A program made the position numbers and the translations under genes. The notes under the pieces were generated by a model, which worked only from the letters and a program-made list of their open reading frames with translations, was not told where the DNA came from and did no database searches. DNA of 64,000 nt from a bacterium (lineage in GTDB: Bacteria; UBA10199; 2-02-FULL-50-16; JAJFLM01): assembly GCA_965216315.1 (NCBI GenBank), contig CBDCFN010000016.1:1024001-1088000 (forward strand), in the 5' to 3' direction. This document shows positions 18,476 through 27,659 of the stretch, piece by piece (within the stretch, counting starts at the first letter, position 1; each line of letters opens with the position of its first letter).

Positions 18476-18518
18476 TATTGTCTACTAAATAGTAGACGAT
18501 ATATATTAGTAGACAATA
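18476..18518. promoter_or_regulatory. Perfect 13-bp inverted repeat operator ahead of the TA operon
   Basis: TATTGTCTACTAA ... TTAGTAGACAATA, with a third half-site between them, ending just before the ATG at 18521. Confidence 0.75.
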
Positions 18519-18520
18519 AT

Positions 18521-19222
18521 ATGCCCAAGACCGAGACAATCAATCCCTTCAAGGGGAACGCCGAGCTGGTCATCCGTGCTCTTTTTGCCGGACCGGATCA
18601 GAGCAGCAGTGGCCGCGATTTGGCACGTCACCTTGACCTTAGCCAGGCCTGGGTCAATCGTGTGCTTACCGCCTTGGAATCAAGCCGCTTAGTCCAGCGC
18701 AATACCCAAGGCCCGTCCAGCGAGACGAAACTCATCAAGCCCGCAAAGCTGCTCCATCGCTGGACGCTCGAATACCGGATCGACCTCAATCCCTATCACT
18801 TGTATTTAGATAGGCATGAGGATCCACTCACCCACCTTCGTGAACTCGCGGAGCAAGAAGGCTTTCGCTACGCCTTGACTGGATATGCGGCGGCCAACCT
18901 GATCAAAAAGATCATCCATGGAGACTTTCCCCCGATGCTGTATCTGTGGCCGAATAAAGGAAGTAAAGTTGCCTTCGAGGACATGCTCTTAAAACTAGAG
19001 AACGTTCATCAACTCGTGCCGGTCAAGAAGCACGCCAATCTTATCATCCTGCAGCCGCTGCAAAAAGACCGGGTTTTCTTCGGTGCTAAGGAACACGAAG
19101 GTTACGTCACCGTTTCTCCGCTCCAATTATTCCTGGATCTTTACGCCTTGGACCGCGGTGCCTTTGTCATCAAGGAGTTGAAGGACTATTGGGAAGAGCA
19201 CGGAATTCCCTATGAGCTATAA
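18521..19222 (+). CDS. Type IV TA antitoxin-like (wHTH + AbiEi-like C-terminal domain)
   Basis: N-terminal HTH (SGRDLARHLDLSQAWVNRVL), YALTGYAAA, VSPLQLFLDL; coupled to a nucleotidyltransferase gene. Confidence 0.75.
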   Translation: MPKTETINPFKGNAELVIRALFAGPDQSSSGRDLARHLDLSQAWVNRVLTALESSRLVQRNTQGPSSETKLIKPAKLLHRWTLEYRIDLNPYHLYLDRHEDPLTHLRELAEQEGFRYALTGYAAANLIKKIIHGDFPPMLYLWPNKGSKVAFEDMLLKLENVHQLVPVKKHANLIILQPLQKDRVFFGAKEHEGYVTVSPLQLFLDLYALDRGAFVIKELKDYWEEHGIPYEL

Positions 19223-19946
19223 GTATCCATTTCTCGATGTACTGGCCGACGCCCAGGAGGCCACTGGCGATCTTGTCTTAGTGGGCGGCTGGGCCCCGAC
19301 GGTCTACTTTGAATATTTGTGGGCCGGCCCACCACCATTGCTCAAAACAGGAGACATTGATTTTGGCATTCATCAGGCCATGCGAGTCAAGAAGCCCCTC
19401 CCGAATGTGTTTGATGGATCTCGATACAAAGAAAAGCACGAAGAGATCGGCAAGCTCACGCCTTATCAATTGATCTTTGGCGGTAAGATGAAACTTGATT
19501 TTATCTGCGATGAGGAAGATACCGCGTTTGCGCGCAAACAAATTCTCGAGAATAAAATCGTCCTCAGCGAATTCCCATCCTATCGCTTTCTCTTGAAGGA
19601 TTACTGTACGGTTGATTGTGACGGCATCGCCGTTAATGTGCCGCAGCCGGCCCGTTATATCGCCCATAAGATATGGGTCTACTTCGATGAACCAGAAGAG
19701 CGCGCCCAGGATATCACCGCGGCCTATTACTGCCTGACGCGTTCTCCACGCTCGGATGACATCTATCAGGAGATTCGCGCAATAAAAGACGAGACTGTCG
19801 TCACGACGATGTCAGCGAGATTAGCTGACCAGAAACTAACGAAAGATGCCCCTGTGATCATCGCTGTCGAATCCGGCCTGCGAGACATCGGCGATGAAGA
19901 AAGCCGCTCCGTGATCCATCGCAAGCTGAAACAACTTGTTGAGTGA
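19212..19946 (+). CDS. Nucleotidyltransferase (AbiEii/GSU2403-like) putative toxin
   Basis: LVGGWA...TGDIDF pol-beta NTase motif; AHK and RAQD motifs; overlaps the upstream gene. Confidence 0.75.
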   Translation: MSYKYPFLDVLADAQEATGDLVLVGGWAPTVYFEYLWAGPPPLLKTGDIDFGIHQAMRVKKPLPNVFDGSRYKEKHEEIGKLTPYQLIFGGKMKLDFICDEEDTAFARKQILENKIVLSEFPSYRFLLKDYCTVDCDGIAVNVPQPARYIAHKIWVYFDEPEERAQDITAAYYCLTRSPRSDDIYQEIRAIKDETVVTTMSARLADQKLTKDAPVIIAVESGLRDIGDEESRSVIHRKLKQLVE

Positions 19947-19951
19947 TTTAT

Positions 19952-20145
19952 GTGGTCACCATTTGGTCACCATCGCGATCCAGTAGCTCCGAACAAGACA
20001 CAATTATCCACAGCTATGAAAGCAACTTAACTCCGCCATCGGTATTTCTTTTTCAGCTTAGTGCCTGATTTTTGGGCGCGAGACGGCGATTCACGTAAGT
20101 CCTTGATTTCGCGTTCCCGCTCTTTTCGAATCCCACCCCCGGAGC
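19952..20145. repeat. 194-bp right arm of E1, homologous to 29460-29653
   Basis: Same length without indels from arm site to att core; both contain an IHF-like AATCAAGGACTTA on the minus strand. Confidence 0.9.
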
Positions 20146-20230
20146 ATAAAAATCCGCTGGCCCCTTTTGGGTCCGGCGGATTTTTTTTGTTTTGTGGTGG
20201 GATTTGAACCCTCTGCCGCAGGCAGCTAGA

Positions 20231-21307
20231 CTAGAGGCCCATTCTGCCATCAGGTGCAAAGGGTTTCTCTAGGTGTAAGTTCGAAAAGACTGTTTCTCTT
20301 GCTGATTCAAGAGTTTTTCCCAATGCATTTCCAACGATGTCTAACAACATTTGATCATGATGTAATCCAGTATTAATATGGTAACACCGATACAAATACC
20401 CAAAACCTAATCCTGGGATAAGATTCGCTTCAAGAAAATATGGAACTCCCTTTTCATCCATTTTAATGTCAATTCTTCCATATCCTCTGGCGCCTAAGGC
20501 CTTAAAAGAATCAATTGCGAGTTGTGATACAATATCTTTAATATGTTCATCTTCAATTTTTAACGTTAGTTCCATATCAGCAATTTTATCATCAAAGCCT
20601 AATATTCTGTCACCTTTCGCATTTGCTTGAGCCTGAAGTTCAATTGGGTAAACTTGGTAGGTCTCGTTTTGAAAGTCTTCCATAATTGCAACAGTATATT
20701 CTTTTCCACATAAATATTTTTCAACTAATGACCCTGTATTTTGATGGTCGAATATCGATTTTACTTTGCTTTCATACTCTAGATAATTGTGCACTAGTGA
20801 ATTAGAGTCTATCCCTCGTGAGTCTCCTTCAAAAATTGGTTTAATAAATAGCGGGTAGGATAGGTGGATATTATCTTCAGTAAGCTCATCGGGCTTTGTG
20901 ATAAAAAAAGTGGCCGTATTCAATCCACAACTCTTAATCTTTTCTTTAGCTTTGCTTTTATCAAATTCGAGTTCAATAGATTCTCTACTTGATCCCGTAT
21001 AGGCAATATTGTGTTTGTCTAAATATTCTGAAAACCAAAGTTTATTTGTAGCATATCTTTTTACGGTGTTCTCATCGAAACCCAAATATTTGATTCCTGA
21101 AATTACTAAATCAGGCTTGTGGCTTACCAACTCTTCTAAATCATCCATATTATGGATAATCGATACTCTCACTTTAGTATAATATTTGCTTAATGTTTCA
21201 TGAAGATTAAGTGACACTTTACTTGGCATTAGATTCAAACCCCCAATGGGAGTTGTGACTATTTCAATATAGTTTTCAATTTTCATTAATTTAACTTCAC
21301 CTAACAT
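20231..21307 (-). CDS. D-Ala-D-Ala ligase-like ATP-grasp protein
   Basis: YTGS...DKSKAK, PLFIKP, EKYLCGKEYTV, GYGRIDI, FLEANLIPG; AT-rich; start may be the second Met. Confidence 0.8.
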   Translation of the reverse strand: MLGEVKLMKIENYIEIVTTPIGGLNLMPSKVSLNLHETLSKYYTKVRVSIIHNMDDLEELVSHKPDLVISGIKYLGFDENTVKRYATNKLWFSEYLDKHNIAYTGSSRESIELEFDKSKAKEKIKSCGLNTATFFITKPDELTEDNIHLSYPLFIKPIFEGDSRGIDSNSLVHNYLEYESKVKSIFDHQNTGSLVEKYLCGKEYTVAIMEDFQNETYQVYPIELQAQANAKGDRILGFDDKIADMELTLKIEDEHIKDIVSQLAIDSFKALGARGYGRIDIKMDEKGVPYFLEANLIPGLGFGYLYRCYHINTGLHHDQMLLDIVGNALGKTLESARETVFSNLHLEKPFAPDGRMGL

Positions 21308-21828
21308 TCACATTTAATTATCAAGGCAAATTGAATAAGATTCTCGGGAAGCGAGTCTTGACAAGAGTCGTGATAATGAGCCGTCACCCTATCACTAAAG
21401 AGTCAATATAACTAATTCATAATGGATTATTCTCTGTTCAGGGACGGCTCCATGAGACTAATGAGAGGTAATTATGGAGTATTTTGCTATTTAGCAGGGC
21501 CTAATTACTTGCGCCTAAAGACACAGGCCAACAAAACCTTCAGACGAAGGACCCAACATGAAACCCTACGGTCCTAAAATGCGACCCTTCTGCGTCCAGC
21601 AAGCGGCGAAAACCTAGTTTTTTCACCAAACTCATCTTGGCATGATCCTTGCTTGGTAATGCCTCATGGCATCGCAACCACGCTTCGCGATTCTCGAGTA
21701 GTTTCTCGAGTAGTTTTAAGACGGAGGAACCCAAAAGCCAAATAATTTCAGGTCCGTAGAATTCAACTTACAGAATCACATGTCATTTTGGGCCCTTCGT
21801 CTTAAGTTTTTTATTGTGCCCTATATAG

Positions 21829-22986
21829 TTAAGCCATTCTGCTTGTATATTGTTTTATCAAACCAATCCAAGCTGGACTGATGAGAAGAGTCGCAAAAAT
21901 TGTTGCTATGGTTGTTTGGTAAGCAAATTCGTTAATAATATTTGTCTGTAACCCAATTGCTGCCAAGACAAAACTGAATTCTCCAATTTGAGAAAGAAGT
22001 GCTCCAGCATACAGAGAATCCTTCACAGTTACTCTCAGTGATTTTAAAATGCCCGCATTAATAAATGTATTGGTTAGTAAACTAGCTAGCATGAGGGTGA
22101 GCACAATAAACCAGTTGTTAGCTAAAAATTGGAGGTCAACCGTCATCCCTATGGAAACAAAAAAAAGAGCAACGAATATGCCTCGAAATGATTCTAAGCT
22201 CTGCTGTATCGAATGTGTCTCCTTTGCTACTGAGACAATAATGCCTGCCAAAAAAGCACCTAAGGCGGCTGAAAGTCCAAACAGTCCAGTAATGAAAGCC
22301 ATTCCTAATCCTAAGAATAGGGCTATTAATGTTTGAATCTCTTGATATCGCTTTATATATTTAGAAAATGGAAGGGGAATATTTTTTTTCACAAGAAGCC
22401 ATATAAGTAGAGCCAAAATGAGTAGCGCCCCCATAATTTGTAGAGTAATATTGGTAACATTAAGCTGCCCCCCCCCCATTAAATTAATTGCAATGAGCAT
22501 GGGAATAAGCAGAAAATCTTGCACTAAAAGAATGCCTATTACATTTTGTCCTACAAAAGAGTTGGTCTCATTTCGATCCTTCAGCATTGTAATGATGACA
22601 GCCGTACTGCTAAGGCTAATCACAAAGCCAAGAAAAATAATTTGTGACATCGGCCAAGATAACCAAAAGCCCAGAGCCCATACACAGACGATGCTAATAA
22701 CTACTTGAAGGACTGTGCCTGCAATCATGATGCGCCAATTTTTGACCAAGCTGGGTAGAGAAATCTCAGCTCCTACAAAAAAGAGTAAAAATAATACACC
22801 GAAGGCACCAATACGATTAAGTAGCTCTGTATCTGTAACAAATTCGAGAACATAAGGGCCGAGCACAACTCCTGCAACCATATAGGCAACTACAAACGGT
22901 TGATTGAGTCTCTTCATTAGAAGCGCAATCACAATAACGACTAATACCGATGCGGCAAGGAGTGGAATACTAGGGTCCATGTCCAT
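21829..22986 (-). CDS. CPA2 cation:proton antiporter (KefC-like, no TrkA domain)
   Basis: GVVLGP, SLSSTA, LLVQD, GAFLAG, LSQIGEFSF. Confidence 0.9.
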   Translation of the reverse strand: MDMDPSIPLLAASVLVVIVIALLMKRLNQPFVVAYMVAGVVLGPYVLEFVTDTELLNRIGAFGVLFLLFFVGAEISLPSLVKNWRIMIAGTVLQVVISIVCVWALGFWLSWPMSQIIFLGFVISLSSTAVIITMLKDRNETNSFVGQNVIGILLVQDFLLIPMLIAINLMGGGQLNVTNITLQIMGALLILALLIWLLVKKNIPLPFSKYIKRYQEIQTLIALFLGLGMAFITGLFGLSAALGAFLAGIIVSVAKETHSIQQSLESFRGIFVALFFVSIGMTVDLQFLANNWFIVLTLMLASLLTNTFINAGILKSLRVTVKDSLYAGALLSQIGEFSFVLAAIGLQTNIINEFAYQTTIATIFATLLISPAWIGLIKQYTSRMA

Positions 22987-23016
22987 AAATTATTCCTCTT
23001 TTATCTACTAATGGTC

Positions 23017-23598
23017 TTATTTGGATAAGCCGGCCGTCAACGCCCAGCGCAATGCATCCTTGGTCTTCATATCGACGGGTTGTATCTTCGATTTTGGCAC
23101 GTAAACGGTAAAGCCCCCCACTTGATAACTCCATGGCAGAAACACAGCCACCGTATCATCATGGTTTATCCCGTGCGGTGCGTCGCTTAAATCATGTCGG
23201 GTGACAACACCTAAGAAGCGGGTAGAGGCATCACCAATGGTTACCATAACGACAATCATATTATCGGATTGTTGTTTACCGCTTACGTATTGCACGACTT
23301 GTTTGAGGGCCCCATAGATCTCATTGACCAGTGGAATTTTCTCTACAAGGTACTCCGACCATCCCCAAAGTTTTCGCACGAACCATGCTTTCAGTAGCAA
23401 ACCAACAAGAAAGATCAGACCCAGGCCGAGAATGACACCCATACCGGGATGATACCAGCCGGTGGGGAGGAGCCAGCGCAGCGCAGCCTGGAATATGGAT
23501 TCAAGCCCTCGCATCAACCATACGAAAAGATAAATGGTAATAGCCAGTGGCAGGACCGCCAACAGGCCTTTCAGGAATATTGAATAAATCGATTTCAT
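23017..23598 (-). CDS. DUF502 family membrane protein
   Basis: FLKGLLAVLPLAITIY, KIPLV..IY, VAVFLPWSYQVGGF, ALTAG. Confidence 0.88.
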   Translation of the reverse strand: MKSIYSIFLKGLLAVLPLAITIYLFVWLMRGLESIFQAALRWLLPTGWYHPGMGVILGLGLIFLVGLLLKAWFVRKLWGWSEYLVEKIPLVNEIYGALKQVVQYVSGKQQSDNMIVVMVTIGDASTRFLGVVTRHDLSDAPHGINHDDTVAVFLPWSYQVGGFTVYVPKSKIQPVDMKTKDALRWALTAGLSK

Positions 23599-24044
23599 GA
23601 AGCATTCTCCAAAATAAATATTTCAATGAGCCTTTCGCTTGATTTCTGGTATTTGCATTTACTATACGATTTTGGCAAGATTTTATAGAAACTATGTCTC
23701 TCACAACCCCGCACAAAACTCTCAGTAAAGCACTGCATCTCCATCATCTGAGAAACCCGTATAGTCCCTTCAACATTCAAAAACGGATCCGCCTTGGCAA
23801 TCTCAACAGCCGCCTCAATGCTGTCCGCTTTAACAACGGCAAACCCTTTCATCGCATTAGGATCATTCTCGTCTTGAACATCACTTGAAGTCACAATTTT
23901 TGTGCTCATCAAAGGGGTTCCTGGATTGACGACCTGGTCGCCAAGACCTTCTGCCCAAGCTTTCCATTGACCCATCTGGGCCATGCCCTCTTCTTTTGAA
24001 CTCGGCTGCCTTCCGCCGTAATAGGCGATCATAAAATTGGCCAT
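23595..24044 (-). CDS. YCII-related protein (possible read-through extension at the C-terminus)
   Basis: AGGAG RBS before MANFMIAYYGG; WKAWAEGLGD, GFAVVKADSIEAAVEIAKADPFL. Confidence 0.75.
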   Translation of the reverse strand: MANFMIAYYGGRQPSSKEEGMAQMGQWKAWAEGLGDQVVNPGTPLMSTKIVTSSDVQDENDPNAMKGFAVVKADSIEAAVEIAKADPFLNVEGTIRVSQMMEMQCFTESFVRGCERHSFYKILPKSYSKCKYQKSSERLIEIFILENAS

Positions 24045-24271
24045 ACTGTTTCTCCTTGTGATGAGGATTATGCAGACGGGGGACAAAAAACACAGCAACT
24101 TTCTGTAAAATGGGTCGATAAGTGTATAATGCTTGTACTTCGAGCAGGCCGCCTGTATGGACGGGCCGGTATTAACGTTAGAATCATTTCCCAAGCGCTT
24201 TTTTAGAGTGTCCCTTCTGTAGTTTTCGGTCCACCCCAAAAATAAACTCTTGTGAAAACAAAGGGACACAC

Positions 24272-25537
24272 ATGACAAAACTCTCATTTGCCGAGCTCAA
24301 GCTCGCTAAGCCCATCGCGCGGGCTTTAGCCGCGAACAATTATGAACACCCCACGCCGATTCAGGCCAAGGCGATTCCGCCCTTACTCAAGGGCGGCGAT
24401 CTGATTGGCTGTGCTCAAACCGGGACGGGAAAAACCGCGGCCTTTGCACTCCCGATTTTACAGAAACTGTTGCTGAAACCATCCAAGGTTCCCGCCCGGA
24501 AGGCGCGGGTTCTGGTGTTGACACCGACGCGGGAATTGGCCGCCCAGGTGGGGGCCAGTTTTGAGCGTTACGGGCGCTATCTTCAATTGAAACAGGCCCT
24601 CGTCTTTGGCGGCGTGGGTCAGACGCCACAGGTTCGGACGCTGAAGCGGGGTGTGGACATCCTGGTGGCGACGCCGGGCCGTCTCCTGGATTTGATGAAT
24701 CAGGGACATCTTTCATTGAGCCATGTGGATACCTTTGTCTTGGATGAAGCCGACCGCATGCTCGACATGGGCTTTCTCCCAGATATCAAGAAGATCATTG
24801 CCAGTTTGCCGCGCCAGCGCCAGACCTTGCTCTTTTCCGCCACGATGGCGCCGGAGATTCTTAAACTGGCCCACGGCATCCTGATCGATCCCATAAAGGT
24901 GGAGGTCTCACCGCCCGCGTCGACGCCCCATCGCATTGATGAACGGGTCTTGTTCGTGGATGATGGGAATAAACGGGCCTTACTCACGGAGATTCTTAAG
25001 TCGCCAGAGGTGGAGCGTACTTTGGTGTTTACTCGGACCAAGCACGGTGCCAATCGTTTGGTCACGCAATTGGAGAAAAAAGCGGTGAAGGCCCGCGCCA
25101 TTCACGGCAATAAATCGCAGAGCGCGCGGATGGCGGCCTTAAAGGATTTCCGTCAAGGCCGTTGCCAAGTCCTGGTCGCCACGGATATTGCGGCCCGGGG
25201 CATCGACGTCGCCGGAATCAGCCATGTGATCAATTATGACCTACCCAATGACCCGGAAAGCTATGTCCATCGCATCGGCCGTACGGCCCGCTCGGGTGCC
25301 GCCGGGATCGCGCTCTCTTTTTGTGGGGCCGGTGAGCGGCTCTATTTACGGGACATTGAGCGACTCCTGGAGCGTTCCGTGCCGATCGACAAAGATCATC
25401 CCTATTACTCGGTAAGCGCTGCCGCTGTGGGGCACTCGCGTCGTTCCACAAGCCGGGTTGGCAAGTCAGGAAATGGCCCGGCCCGACAGCGGAGACGTCG
25501 CTACAACAAGAATTCAGCGCGGGCACGGACTCCATAA
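24272..25537 (+). CDS. DEAD-box RNA helicase (RhlE-like)
   Basis: Q motif PTPIQ, AQTGTGKT, PTRELA, LDEADRM, SAT, HRIGRTAR; basic tail. Confidence 0.95.
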   Translation: MTKLSFAELKLAKPIARALAANNYEHPTPIQAKAIPPLLKGGDLIGCAQTGTGKTAAFALPILQKLLLKPSKVPARKARVLVLTPTRELAAQVGASFERYGRYLQLKQALVFGGVGQTPQVRTLKRGVDILVATPGRLLDLMNQGHLSLSHVDTFVLDEADRMLDMGFLPDIKKIIASLPRQRQTLLFSATMAPEILKLAHGILIDPIKVEVSPPASTPHRIDERVLFVDDGNKRALLTEILKSPEVERTLVFTRTKHGANRLVTQLEKKAVKARAIHGNKSQSARMAALKDFRQGRCQVLVATDIAARGIDVAGISHVINYDLPNDPESYVHRIGRTARSGAAGIALSFCGAGERLYLRDIERLLERSVPIDKDHPYYSVSAAAVGHSRRSTSRVGKSGNGPARQRRRRYNKNSARARTP

Positions 25538-25704
25538 GTTTTATTGCTTAACGCATGACAGCTCTGGTCAGGAGTCAACCCCATGGTATTGCTCGTCAAT
25601 AGGCTATATCCGCGATCATATTGAGTCCGTCCCTTTAAGTTCATAAATCGCTTTATATCTATAACTGATTATTAATGTTATCCTGAACTGAAGGGAAATA
25701 TGAA

Positions 25705-26202
25705 ATGACAAAATACTTTTTGACATTGTGCCCCTCTGGTCTGCTTGGCCTGGCTATCGGAGTCGAAGCCTCAAATGCATGGCGCTATCGTGAGTGGGCA
25801 GATCGGTTCCGTCCTTTTAATGTAGGGGTGAGTGCACTTTTTGATGAGATGGCGGACGATGACGACAAACATGGTGATGATTTGCGCACGTTACATGGTG
25901 GGCAGTTCGGCAGCCTGATTGGGCTGGCAGATTCCGGGGAGATTGACACACATACTGAGGACGCAAAAGATGTGGAGGACCATTTCTTTGTAATCGATAA
26001 TGCGATGGCCCACAGCATCCTGATGGCTGCGTTCCACACATTGTCCAAGGCGCGTCATCTCTATCAAACGCTCCGGATAAGGACCAAGAGTACGGTGCTA
26101 CGTAAGGTGTACGAACCGCGGACTTTATCTGATGGAGGACACGTCCGAAGATTAAAGATGTTCCTGCAACAATTTCAACCGCTTCAACAACAAAACGCAT
26201 GA
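25705..26202 (+). CDS. Ferritin-like/rubrerythrin-like protein, probably degenerate
   Basis: LAIGVE..Y..WA..F..LFDEMADDDDKH resembles the ExxH diiron helix with substituted ligands. Confidence 0.55.
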   Translation: MTKYFLTLCPSGLLGLAIGVEASNAWRYREWADRFRPFNVGVSALFDEMADDDDKHGDDLRTLHGGQFGSLIGLADSGEIDTHTEDAKDVEDHFFVIDNAMAHSILMAAFHTLSKARHLYQTLRIRTKSTVLRKVYEPRTLSDGGHVRRLKMFLQQFQPLQQQNA

Positions 26203-26256
26203 GCTGCGTCATCAGCTCACGGAACTCTGTAACCGTGGCAAGTGCCGGCTGATTTT

Positions 26257-27457
26257 TCAGGCAGCAGGTGTACCGGACGGGCGCGAAAAGCCACTCACAA
26301 GAGTACTGGGCACGGAGAGTTTGGCGAAGCGCTTCACTGTGCCTTGCAGTGTTTGCCCCCAATGGCCTCGTTGATAACGAACACCGTAACGTTCGCAAAT
26401 CGCCTGAACCTTGGGCTGAATTTCACGCAGTCGATTTGGCGGCAGTTTCGGAAACAGGTGGTGTTCAATCTGTGTGTCCAAAGCACCGCACAGGATACTG
26501 ATGGGGAGAGGCACGTCATAATTATGCGCCGCCTCGACTTGGGCCTTATACCATTCTCCCCGGCCTTGGGTTTTAAAACCCTTGTCATAATAGTTCAGGT
26601 CATCTCCGAAATGCCCGCCATAAATGGTCGCTGTTGAATAAATGTTCCGCATCATATCCGCAGTCAGATTGCCCACGAAGACCTTCCACCACATCGGACC
26701 TGCCAAGGCCGGCCAGAACACAAAGTTGTAGGCCGAGTAAGGGATCATTTTTCTTGAGGGTTGTTTGGAGGGCGCGAGCCAGCGTTTTGGGTTTTCGGTC
26801 TGGCAATATCTTGGCGTAGGAAGCGTTGTCACCGGAATGGAACAAGTCGGTTAGTCCCGTGGCATAGGTAGCAATAATCCAGAGAAAGGCCGGGGCCGTC
26901 CAAAACAACTGCGCCACCTGGAGCAAGTGATAGGGAATCCATGAAATATGGGGGGAGGCCCGCAAAATACCGTAACTCAGATCCGGATCCCTTCCCACGA
27001 TGTTGGTATACTGATGGTGCAGGATGTTGTGCTCTCTTCTCCAACTCGCTTCGTCGACGGGGGTCTTCCATTTAAAGGAAGCCGAATAAAAGAGTTCGGC
27101 ACCGGCCAATCCGTCCCAGCAGCCATGCAATGCAGAATGACCGATTTCGGCGGTGTGCAGTTGATTATGGATGAAGAGGGCAAAGACACCCGCCGACCAC
27201 GTGAAAGGGTCCAGACTGACATGGATCAACAAACGGCCTGCGATCTCAGAGAGCCGAGCGACCCGCTCGACTTTCTTAATGTACGTAACATCGCGAGGGC
27301 CCAGTTTGGACTGGATGTCCTCGTGAAGGGCATCCAGTTCGGCCGCGAAGGCGCTATATTTTTCCCGGTTCCATGAAGAACGGGCCGTTAGTGTCGACCG
27401 ATGAGGCCGGGGCTTACTTCGAAACGAGCTCCGGCGCGATGCTGTCTGCCGCGGCAT
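26257..27457 (-). pseudogene. Membrane fatty acyl-CoA desaturase (DesA3-like) split by a frameshift
   Basis: His boxes EIGHSALHG and HNILHH lie in ORF 26600-27457, QIEHHLFP in ORF 26257-26832; removing one base of the T5 run at 26748-26752 joins the frames (LKK-MIPYS). Confidence 0.85.
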
Positions 27458-27659
27458 AACAAATTCCTCAACGACGTAATATACTCCTGGGGCAAGTTTC
27501 TGTCAGCAAGATATCAAGAGGGTGGGGATGCTCCATCACTTCCTATTTCCAATAGCTTAATCCCCCTTCACCGGAAACTTTACCGGACACTTTAGTAGGG
27601 GTATCCGGTCTTAAATCATCACCGGGACACTTATATATTTTTGTGACAATGAGATGCAT

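Larger units (their letters stand above)
15871..20145. mobile_element. Integrative element E1 (about 4.3 kb): tyrosine integrase, excisionase, hypothetical gene, type IV TA-like pair
   Basis: Bounded by tRNA-Asn 3'-end copies at 15854-15870 and 20125-20145; GTGGTCACCATTTGGTC(A/G)CCA sites near both ends. Confidence 0.9.

Noticed and set aside
20125..20145. Additional tRNA genes at the att copies (also 15854, 29633, 29837)
   Set aside because: Only the T-arm/acceptor 3' part is present; no D or anticodon arms
21540..21734. Small ORF in E2 between ligase and antiporter
   Set aside because: No recognisable motif or RBS; may be a gene fragment but cannot be supported
24045..24287. N-terminal extension of the YCII ORF given in the track
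   Set aside because: RBS and family similarity begin at 24044; the extension covers the divergent promoter region
26740..26760. Programmed ribosomal frameshift in the desaturase
   Set aside because: AAGAAAAATG is not a canonical slippery heptamer and the needed shift is +1; mutation or sequencing error is simpler
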